Source: a virus
Taxonomy: Duplodnaviria > Caudoviricetes
Direction: 5' to 3' (one strand)
DNA length: 64,000 nt
Virus record (IMG/VR): IMGVR_UViG_3300020445_001720
Coordinates: 1,064-65,063 of that record
The position numbers and the translations under genes were made by a program. Below, in pieces: positions 1-9,000 of this stretch; the stretch's first letter is position 1, and the number at the start of each line of letters is the position of its first letter. The notes below the pieces were generated by a model. The model had not been told where the DNA came from. It did not search any database and saw nothing but the letters and a program-made list of their open reading frames with translations.

Positions 1-759
1 AGTAATCTGCTTTGTAGACTTAGCACATATCAATACTTTGTCCTTCTGAATGTTATCAAGAGCACTGATCATTTGATCGCAATCAGCATCTACAACTAAC
101 TCATCCTTATCTAATATTCTTGTCTTGTATACTGCAACCTTTGGTGGTAAGATGTGTCCTTCCTCTACCAATTTAGGTGCAGGTACTTGGCAAATAACAT
201 TACCAAAGATATCAGCATCATTCATACCAACTTTAAGAGGTGTAAGAGAATGCTTTGGTGTAGCAGTAAAGAAGTATGCTCTTGCAGAATACATTGAAAA
301 GTATTCTACTGCTTCAACAAAATTCTTCTGAACTCCATTGTGTGCTTCATCAAAATAAATTGTATCTACATCAATACCACTCCGCACAATCTTATGTAAT
401 GAATGATATGTAGTGAATATAATAGTGTTCTTGCTCTTCTTTGCAAAATAAAATAACTTGATATCATTTACTTGAGTACTGCAGAAATATAGACTCTTAC
501 CAGTTAGATCTCCACTATGAACGTGCATTACATCATCAGGATGAATATCAATCATTTCCCGAAATTCTGAGCATAACTGCTTTGCAAGTAATATACGAGG
601 TGCAACTACTACAATAGTTTTAGGAGCACTCTTGAACTGATATATTGCATCCTCTATCATGCACATTGTTTTACCACCACCAGTAGGAACAATAACTTGT
701 CCCTTTGTGTTAGATTGCATAGCAACTAAAGAATCAATTTGATGGGGACGTAATTGCAT
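1..759 (-). CDS. Superfamily 2 DEAH-box helicase (Res/UvsW-like), truncated by left window edge
   Basis: Not in the ORF track. Manual translation from ATG at 759: MQLRPHQIDSLVAMQSNTKGQVIVPTGGGKT (Q motif + Walker A) and IYFDEAHN (motif II) near 340-360. Confidence 0.9.
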   Translation of the reverse strand, partial: MQLRPHQIDSLVAMQSNTKGQVIVPTGGGKTMCMIEDAIYQFKSAPKTIVVVAPRILLAKQLCSEFREMIDIHPDDVMHVHSGDLTGKSLYFCSTQVNDIKLFYFAKKSKNTIIFTTYHSLHKIVRSGIDVDTIYFDEAHNGVQKNFVEAVEYFSMYSARAYFFTATPKHSLTPLKVGMNDADIFGNVICQVPAPKLVEEGHILPPKVAVYKTRILDKDELVVDADCDQMISALDNIQKDKVLICAKSTKQIT

Positions 760-780
760 TGAATCTGTTTCGTTATACTT

Positions 781-823
781 ATTATAGCAAACGCAACACC
801 ATTTTGCAAACTAATGTGCCAGT
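781..823 (-). promoter_or_regulatory. sigma70-like early promoter of the helicase, with upstream ACTGGCAC motif
   Basis: TTGCAA-17 nt-TATAAT with TG extension (804-809 and 781-786); GTGCCAGT at 816-823 resembles motifs recalled upstream of cyanomyovirus early promoters. Confidence 0.7.
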
Positions 824-826
824 ATT

Positions 827-1147
827 TTAACTGTCTTCGTCTATCTTAGCAGAAAGTCTTTTAAGTGCGTCTTCCCACCCATCTTTATCTTGAGACCATT
901 TATCTAATGGACAAGACTCTAATACAACTTTAGCTTTAGCAGGTATAAAACATCCACACTCTGCACACATATCTTTCTTCTTTATCCACATTTCACATGA
1001 TTTACAAATCTCATGCCTAACATTATAGGTTTCATCAGATACCATTAAAGAACCAGCTCCGTTCTTATTAAGATAGTTTATGATGTCCCAAGAAAAATTG
1101 GCAAAATTCTTTGTTTTCTCAATGAAAGATGGTTCTTCCTTTTCCAT
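827..1147 (-). CDS. Small Cys-rich probable metal-binding protein (DUF6171-like)
   Basis: RxxICxxC...CxxCGC...K...CPxxKW pattern. Confidence 0.65.
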   Translation of the reverse strand: MEKEEPSFIEKTKNFANFSWDIINYLNKNGAGSLMVSDETYNVRHEICKSCEMWIKKKDMCAECGCFIPAKAKVVLESCPLDKWSQDKDGWEDALKRLSAKIDEDS

Positions 1148-1178
1148 ACATCTTAATATATCATATTATTATATATTG

Positions 1179-2330
1179 TCAACTTGCAGGATAATCTCCC
1201 TTAATTGTAGTAGAACTAATAGATCCAATTACAGTATAACTTGTTCCTGCAATTGCTCTTCCTGAAGTACCACCGTCTCCAGTATTATTAGTGTTTCCAC
1301 CTGCTAATGCCCACTCTCCACCTGCTCCACCTGTTTCTCCTGGTTGCCCTTGAGAAGAATTACAACCATTATCAGGATCAGGATCCGCACCAACATCTCC
1401 TTGTAGTGCACCAGATTCATTTCCATGTCCTCTTCCAGTACCACCATCGCCACCTTCTCCACCAAGTCCACCTGCTACAGTGTATTCATTAAGGCAGTCA
1501 TCATATCTCCACCAACCATTTGTTTCAAACCAACAACTTCCCCACCAGTTACAACGTCTTCTTCTAGAACATCCACCTCCTGAATAACATCCACTTGTTG
1601 ATGTCCACCCCTCTGGGCAACTAGGACAACTATTACAGTTTTGAACAGTCTGATAATCTTGGCATAATCCAGCATCACCTTGATCTCCAGTCTTTCCTTT
1701 CTCTCCTCCACCTCCTCCACCATAAATTCTTGCAGAAGAGTTTACATTTACAACTAAACCTTCTCCACCAGTTGAAATAATAGAGAGTGCAGTTCCACCA
1801 GTTTGTCCACTAATTGAAACGTTACCAGGTTTTCCACCACCCAATCCAGGTCCACCCTTAATTGTACCAATAACTTCAAATAAAACGTTATATGCTGGAG
1901 ACTCCTCAAATGAAGCTGCAGGAGTAAGTGCATTATCAGATCCTATATTACCTTCTATAAACATAGTTTTAGGTATAGTTTTCCCCAAATTGGTATTCCA
2001 ATTTAAAGCATCAACATCAAAATAGATATCAGATCCAGTCTGTGTAATATAATAAAATTTTATACTATTTCTAAATTGCCCCAAAGCAACATCACTAACA
2101 GAACCTATTGCAGAATTTTCTGTAGAATCTGGAACTATTGGATTTGCACTCGTAGGATTTGTATCTCTTTTTAACTCCGACATACTAATTGGAGCAATAT
2201 CAGAAGCAAATGATTCAGATCCACCAGAAGTAGTTTTGCGAGATTGTGCTCTAAAAGTTCTCCTCAACTCGCTAAAAGTTATGGGTCCTGAAGTAAAAAA
2301 TGGTCCTGCTTTTGATACTGATACAGACAT
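1179..2330 (-). CDS. Glycine-rich tail-fibre tip/adhesin-like protein with Cys/Trp-rich insert
   Basis: IYGGGGGG and GGxGGxG runs as in T-even gp38-type polyglycine adhesins; last gene of the fibre run; TATAAATA late promoter upstream. Confidence 0.6.
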   Translation of the reverse strand: MSVSVSKAGPFFTSGPITFSELRRTFRAQSRKTTSGGSESFASDIAPISMSELKRDTNPTSANPIVPDSTENSAIGSVSDVALGQFRNSIKFYYITQTGSDIYFDVDALNWNTNLGKTIPKTMFIEGNIGSDNALTPAASFEESPAYNVLFEVIGTIKGGPGLGGGKPGNVSISGQTGGTALSIISTGGEGLVVNVNSSARIYGGGGGGEKGKTGDQGDAGLCQDYQTVQNCNSCPSCPEGWTSTSGCYSGGGCSRRRRCNWWGSCWFETNGWWRYDDCLNEYTVAGGLGGEGGDGGTGRGHGNESGALQGDVGADPDPDNGCNSSQGQPGETGGAGGEWALAGGNTNNTGDGGTSGRAIAGTSYTVIGSISSTTIKGDYPAS

Positions 2331-2349
2331 TATATACGATCTTTTTTAT

Positions 2350-2357
2350 TATTTATA
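2350..2357 (-). promoter_or_regulatory. T4-type late promoter TATAAATA
   Basis: Exact T4 late consensus about 20 nt upstream of the ATG at 2330. Confidence 0.7.
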
Positions 2358-2358
2358 T

Positions 2359-3825
2359 TTATTTTTTGATTATGACTGAACCATTTAAAACAGATCTATG
2401 AGGAACAGACCTACCTTTACTCTTTGTACGTTCCTGTAATTCATGGGATTCTTTACATTCCTCTAATATACTTTTTGATCTAGGTAGATCTTTTATAAAT
2501 TCATTAACTGAATCAACATGTATCATTTCTAGACCATTACTAACTTGTATGTAACTATCAATATGCCATATAGAATCCTCACTCATAATCCCAGATGGTA
2601 TAAATTCAATAGAACATTTTTCTTCATATGCTTTCATCCAATCTGTTTTATTAGCAGTCATATATTTCCAGAAAGGAGAATCTATCCTATTTGTAGCATA
2701 ATGTAAACAAATAAAATTAAATACGTCTAAGTAACTTTTCTGATTAAAATCATTATAATTAATCCTATCAAAATCTAAAAACTTAAGAGTAGTGTTATTT
2801 TGTACAAAAAATTGCAATTGATTATAAACTATATGAAGTCCTGTAGATTCTAATGGTTCAATAAACCCACTTGCAAGACCAACAGATAAACAATTTCCTA
2901 TCCAATTTTTCTTATAATATCCTGGTTTGTAATGAATTACTCTAGGATCATCGTTTAATTCAACACCATGATTCTTTTTCAACCATTCATTATAATTATT
3001 TTTTGCCTCTTCATCTGAAGTAAATTTAGATGAATATACGTATCCAGTTCCATATCTTTTCTTTAGTGGAATCTGCCATATCCACCCATCATTTGTTGCC
3101 TCTGCCTGTGTATATGAGGGTATCTCTCTAAGATTATGAGGTATCTGTTGTGGAATTGCTCTATCTAATGGCAGATAACTTGTAATATCAACCCACTCAG
3201 GGTTTAAATGTTTAAATAAAACACTATTAAATCCAGAAGCATCCACATAAAAATCAGCAGTTACTTCTCCCCTATCTTTAAATACAATACTCTGTATACT
3301 TTTTCCATCTGAATTTACTTTCTCTACTACATCATCAATAAGATCTATTTCTTCTTCAATATCATCTAAAATATATTGTGTGGCAATTTGCGTATCTATA
3401 TGAAAAGCATGTTCATAATAAAAATCATGACTGGGAACTGTCGTTGTTGCTTCATTATATAATATTCCCCCATTATAAGTTCCATTTGGAATTGAATATA
3501 AAGATTCTGGATAATCTCCTCCTATTCCATCTACCTTACATTTACCAAATCCATGAAAATATTCTTTATTTTTTGTCCAATTCTTAAAATTTATTCCTAA
3601 CTTTACCGTACTTCCAGTATCCTTAATAAAATCTCCAATCTCTACTTTTAAATATCTTCTAAGAAAATCTCCAAATGCAGGTGTTGTGCTTTCTCCAACA
3701 CTTATATTTTTTTTCTTACTATCATAATATACCTCTACCTTAACTCTACCAGCATAAAATCTTTTAAAAACAGCTGCAGCCATCAGTCCAGATGTACCAG
3801 ACCCAATAATAATAAGTTTTTTCAT
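2359..3825 (-). CDS. prnA: Flavin-dependent (tryptophan) halogenase family protein
   Basis: GSGTSG FAD motif, VGEST, TVKLGINF (catalytic Lys position), WIWQIP (WxWxIP), FIEPLESTG. Confidence 0.92.
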   Translation of the reverse strand: MKKLIIIGSGTSGLMAAAVFKRFYAGRVKVEVYYDSKKKNISVGESTTPAFGDFLRRYLKVEIGDFIKDTGSTVKLGINFKNWTKNKEYFHGFGKCKVDGIGGDYPESLYSIPNGTYNGGILYNEATTTVPSHDFYYEHAFHIDTQIATQYILDDIEEEIDLIDDVVEKVNSDGKSIQSIVFKDRGEVTADFYVDASGFNSVLFKHLNPEWVDITSYLPLDRAIPQQIPHNLREIPSYTQAEATNDGWIWQIPLKKRYGTGYVYSSKFTSDEEAKNNYNEWLKKNHGVELNDDPRVIHYKPGYYKKNWIGNCLSVGLASGFIEPLESTGLHIVYNQLQFFVQNNTTLKFLDFDRINYNDFNQKSYLDVFNFICLHYATNRIDSPFWKYMTANKTDWMKAYEEKCSIEFIPSGIMSEDSIWHIDSYIQVSNGLEMIHVDSVNEFIKDLPRSKSILEECKESHELQERTKSKGRSVPHRSVLNGSVIIKK

Positions 3826-3833
3826 AAATCAAA

Positions 3834-6002
3834 TTAAGATAAAGTCAAATTTGCACTTCCAATACCTGCAACTGTAAAGATTAATTTAGTTCCTTCTACA
3901 CTTATTTGAACTGGAGTTCCAGTTCCACTTGTAAATCCGTTTGCTGCTGTTACAATTCCTGTTTGATTAGCAAATCCTACCCATTCATCATCGCAATATG
4001 CTTGATGTTCTCCTGCATCTGTATTATAAATTACAGATCCAGATTGAGTAGTAACACCAGTTCTTTGAGCATTTGTTGCATGAGGGGTTCTCATTGCTCT
4101 AGAAGAAGTAACACCAGGACCACTTCCTGCTTGGGAGAAATCAACCGCAGCAAGAGGATCATGCGTACCTACACCTACTAAACTGCTTTCATCGCATACA
4201 AGACCAGAATTATAAACTCTAATCTGTGTATTAAAGAATCCTGCGGGTTCATAACATGCCAAAGATTCTGATGTATTTGATTCGTATAAGTATGCTATCG
4301 AAGTTGTTCCTACACCAACTGCACCAAAGTTTGCTTGTCCACCAACTACTAAAGCACCACTAACAGAATTGCTAGTGTACTCATTACTTGTATTAATTCC
4401 AAGTCTTCCGATTAATCCTGTTTTAGATTGTGCATCAAGATCAACTATTGGATCATCAGTTCCTATACCAACACTAGTTCCTGCACCAATACTAGAGTTT
4501 GCATATATTTTTCCGAAAGTATTAACTCCTGCGTTATTGATCTTAGAAGGAATGACATTTGGTAAATTCCATGTTCCCGCATTAAGTGATCCAGCTACCG
4601 TAAGGTTTCCACCAATAGATGAGTTACCTGTAACAGTTGATGTACCAACCACATGTAACTTATGCTCTGGAATCGCAACACCTATACCTAAATCACCTTC
4701 ATAAGTTAAGGTCATCAGGTCGCCATTTGATTGACCATCAACAAAGTTGAAGTTACCTGTTGATAATCCTGCAGGACCTCCATGAAGAACTAAGTTAAAG
4801 TTTCCTGTATCATTATTAACTATATCAAGTGTTTTATCAGCAACACCAAACTTAAATGCTGCAGAACTAGCACCAACACCTACTGATTGTCCAACAGAAA
4901 TTACAGCACTGTCTTTATCAGAAACTACTTCTATTTTTGCAACACCACTTGGTTTGCGAATCTGAAGATCAGAGGTAGGAATAACTGTTCCTATACCAAT
5001 AAATTGTCCATTGTTTGCGAGGATAGTTCCACCAGTACCAACATGAAGTATATCAGTTACTGTACTTACCCCTATTGTTGAGAAACCTGATTTTATTTCA
5101 GACGCATTTAAAATAATTGCACTACCAGATCCAAGACTAAATGCTTCTGTTCCTGTTCCAACAGTTCCAGTTGTTTCTTTATTAACTAATTCTACCCAGT
5201 TTCCATCATGTGCATATACTGCTTTTCCACTTTCATGAACATGAGCAAAAGCACCATGATATGTTGTTGCAGATGGTAGATCGCCATAAGTTGAATACAA
5301 GAATGGAATTACATTACTTGTTGCTGCACCAACAATTCTACCGTTGGCATCAATACTTCCATCAACTTTTAGTGCATCAACCCCAGATTGAAGTTGACTT
5401 ACTGTTAATAAAGGTAGTGATGTACTATCAATAATTGATGTAACACCTGTTATTCTTGCTTCAGGACCTTCAAATGAAAGTTGTCTTGTTGTTATTATAC
5501 CTGTTGCCTTAATATCTCCTGTTGAATTTATTCCAACACCTGGAGAATTCAAATCATCTGCGGTTCCACCAATTTGAAGAGCATTGTATGGAAGTTCAGT
5601 TGCTATGCCAACATACCCTGCAGAATATATGCTTGAGAAACCTAAACCTGGATTTACATCAATCCATTGAGATGTAGGTAGATTTACTAACCTACCACCG
5701 TCTCCAAAGTAAGTAACAACTCCTGATGTGGAAGTTGCAGTAATAATACCCGATGAGAGTATAGATGCTATACCAACCTCAATCTGCCCTATAGTCGCTA
5801 CTCCCGAAACTGTAGCACCTTCCTGAATAAATGCATTTTTTATCGTTGCTATCCCGACAACTTTCGCAGTTCCCCTAACATCTAAAAACTCTGTTGGAAC
5901 CGATGTACCGATTCCAACCAGACCATTGGGGTTTACGATAAAATTGTCGTCATCAACTTGGACACCATTACGAAAATTAAACGACTTCTTATAATTAGGC
6001 AT
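3834..6002 (-). CDS. Tail fibre/virion structural protein
   Basis: Repeated VGIGTxxP..L.V.G units; late-promoter-like CTAAATA at 6019-6025. Confidence 0.75.
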   Translation of the reverse strand: MPNYKKSFNFRNGVQVDDDNFIVNPNGLVGIGTSVPTEFLDVRGTAKVVGIATIKNAFIQEGATVSGVATIGQIEVGIASILSSGIITATSTSGVVTYFGDGGRLVNLPTSQWIDVNPGLGFSSIYSAGYVGIATELPYNALQIGGTADDLNSPGVGINSTGDIKATGIITTRQLSFEGPEARITGVTSIIDSTSLPLLTVSQLQSGVDALKVDGSIDANGRIVGAATSNVIPFLYSTYGDLPSATTYHGAFAHVHESGKAVYAHDGNWVELVNKETTGTVGTGTEAFSLGSGSAIILNASEIKSGFSTIGVSTVTDILHVGTGGTILANNGQFIGIGTVIPTSDLQIRKPSGVAKIEVVSDKDSAVISVGQSVGVGASSAAFKFGVADKTLDIVNNDTGNFNLVLHGGPAGLSTGNFNFVDGQSNGDLMTLTYEGDLGIGVAIPEHKLHVVGTSTVTGNSSIGGNLTVAGSLNAGTWNLPNVIPSKINNAGVNTFGKIYANSSIGAGTSVGIGTDDPIVDLDAQSKTGLIGRLGINTSNEYTSNSVSGALVVGGQANFGAVGVGTTSIAYLYESNTSESLACYEPAGFFNTQIRVYNSGLVCDESSLVGVGTHDPLAAVDFSQAGSGPGVTSSRAMRTPHATNAQRTGVTTQSGSVIYNTDAGEHQAYCDDEWVGFANQTGIVTAANGFTSGTGTPVQISVEGTKLIFTVAGIGSANLTLS

Positions 6003-6013
6003 CTCTATACTTT

Positions 6014-9000
6014 TTAGTTATTTAGTCTTTGTTCTAATGAATCAACTTTCGCGTTGAGTTCTTTAATTGCTTCCACAAGTAGGGGAACAACTTTATCATA
6101 ATCAACAGCAAGATATCCACTCTTGCGTGTTGTAACTGCTTCTGGTAAAACTCCTTCAAGTTCCTGTGCAATCACACCAACATCTTTACCTGTCTTTCCA
6201 GACTTATCATTCCAATCATAGGTATTACCACTGATTGATATAACTTTAGCAAGAGGATCATCAATAGGAGCAATGTTATCTTTCAATCTACGGTCAGAAG
6301 TATAGAATGCAGTGATATCTCCTTCTACATTCAAGTCTGATGTCATAGTGGTAACAGTGCTTATAGAAACACTACTTCCAATTGCAGCACTTACAACAAG
6401 ATCTCCACCTCTAGTATCAATAGTTGTAGTACCACCAACACCAAGTCTAATTCCATCAATGTATGCTTCTTCAAATGCTTGATCAGATTTACCAATGTAT
6501 GCTCCTTTATCAACATCGGGAATAATTCCTGTATCAACAATGATTTCATCACCAAATGTTGCTTTACCAGAAATACCCATACCACCTGCAATAACAAGAG
6601 CACCTGTGGTTCTACTTGTTGATTGAGTTACATCATCTAATTTTAAAACTCCAGTAATTGTTCCTGTATTTCTAAGTCTAACTTCCTTGTTAAATGTTAC
6701 AGGACCATCAAACTGAGATAGTACTGTTCCAGACTTACCACCTTCAACTCTTAATCTTTCTTTGATTAAGACTTCATCAAATACAACACTTAATCTACCA
6801 ACTTCCTGTCCTGTTACAGTAGGAGATGGAACATCAAATGTTCTCTCTTGTCCAGTTGCAGAACTGGATTTCTTATTACCAATAAAGAAGTCTCCTTCGC
6901 TGTTCATACCAGTATAAACAACAACACCAGCAGCTTTCTTCTGAGACTGTGCTAAGAAGGACTCTTTATCTGTTAAAGTTCTTACCTGTACTTGAGGTAA
7001 ACCAGTAGAATAGTTACCTGGACCAAAACCAAGATATTCAAATGTATGTCCAGAAGCACGAATAATAGATGGTCGTCTTAATTCAATTGCTTTTGGTTTT
7101 ATTTTTCTACCAATTGATCCTGTAGCATGAGATTCTTTTGGAGTTCCAAACACACCACGAATAACGTTCAATTCATTACTATTAGTTCCACTAAATGAGG
7201 AATTAGAAATCCTCATTATTTCATTATCAATCTGAACGTATGATCCAACAGGGAATTGATTTAGAGTTGCAATACCACAAAGAGAAGAATCGGTAACAGC
7301 AATAGTATTTCCATCTGAAATTGGTACATGAAGGAATAACTTATCATTGTCGTAAGATGATACACCTCTTGTTGCTAAATTCTCTGTTACAGCATCCGAA
7401 GCAGCATTATTTGAATCAAAACCATGAGGTACTAAGTATGAGGTAGATGATAAGGTATCAGATGTTTTAACTGTGAATGTAGTAACACCAACCTTCTCAT
7501 TAATAACAAAGACTCCTAACTTATTATTACTTGAATCTTTAAACTCAACTTTAGAACCTGCAGTTAAACCATGTGCAAAGGAACTAGTAAAGGTTGTAAT
7601 ACCTAATACTGGTCCTGCAACTGAAGTTACATGAACAGAAGGTCCTAGATTTACTAGATACTGCCCTGAATGGATCTCTGTATCTCCTGCAGTTATAGCA
7701 ATTGAAACTTGATTTTTAGAAGGTATTGAAGCAATCTTATAATATCCCTCTCCAGTAGTTCCTATTCCTGTTATCTGAATTGCATCTCCTATATTTGTAG
7801 AGATACCAGAAGAAGATATTGTAACTCCTGCACCTGTACCAGAACCTAAAACTGAGGTATCAAAGTCTAATTGTTCAGCATCAGTATATCCAGATCCTCT
7901 AGAGATGAAACTTACATCTGTTATAGTTCCACCTGTTCCAACTACTACTTTAGCAGTTGCACCATCCCACGTTGTAGTTCCATCATTAAGTAGTTTAACA
8001 TTATAGTGTGTTCCTTCATTATATCCACTACCACCTGCAAATGAACTGTAAGTAGTTACACCTGAGAATCCATGTTCTCTATCAAGAGTAACAGTTGCAA
8101 CTCCCGCATTTACACTAGTGAAGACTGTTGTTACACCAGTTATTTTTTTACCAATACCAAAATCTTCTACAAATGAATCTAAAGTTTCTCTTGTTACACT
8201 CTTGGTAAGATCGTTAGATACAACTTCTCCAATTGGAGCTCTTTTTGCAAAGGACTTTATTGGACCAGGATTATCATTTACATTATCCTTATCTAACTCT
8301 GGATAAAGGTTAGTAACATTTTGACTATATTTAAAGTTATTAAATTCTACAGGTAATGCATTGTTAGCATTTAAAACATAACCATGATACACACCATCTT
8401 GTACATCTTTAATATAATCTGAAATTATTTCTGAACGATATACATAATAATTTTTATTAGTATCATTCTTTTGGAATCTTGGTAGATTTAAATTTCTTAC
8501 TGAAGTATCGCTATTAAATACACCTGGTGTATGTACAGTGCTATCAACATCTGTACTTGAATATGTAAATTCATGATCATTTACAATACCAGTTACTGCA
8601 AACCTTCCATTATATCCAAGATTACCTAATCCACCAGTATTTGTTGTACTTCTTACATTTACAATGTTAACTAAATTACCTGTGTTTAATTCATGTGGAA
8701 CTTCTGAAGTTACAGTTACAACACCTGCACTACCTGATATACATGTACTAATAAATCTTGAGTTTCTAGCAAAATCATGATCTGTAGCACCAATACTTAC
8801 CCTTGATGAGTCAGCATCATTTCTAAATCCAGTAGAACTTGATTCCTGAATAATAAAGGTTTCAGCAGGTTGTTTAGCATTTTCAGCATCTTTTGGAACA
8901 ACTATTCTAACTTTATATAATTTTTCATCTAAACTTCTTGAATCGTCCGTTCTTACAATAAAAGTATTATCAGTTTTTTGTGTAAGAGCAGAAACTCCAT

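Noticed and set aside
125-331. Tracked 68-aa plus-strand ORF
   Set aside because: Antisense shadow of the helicase
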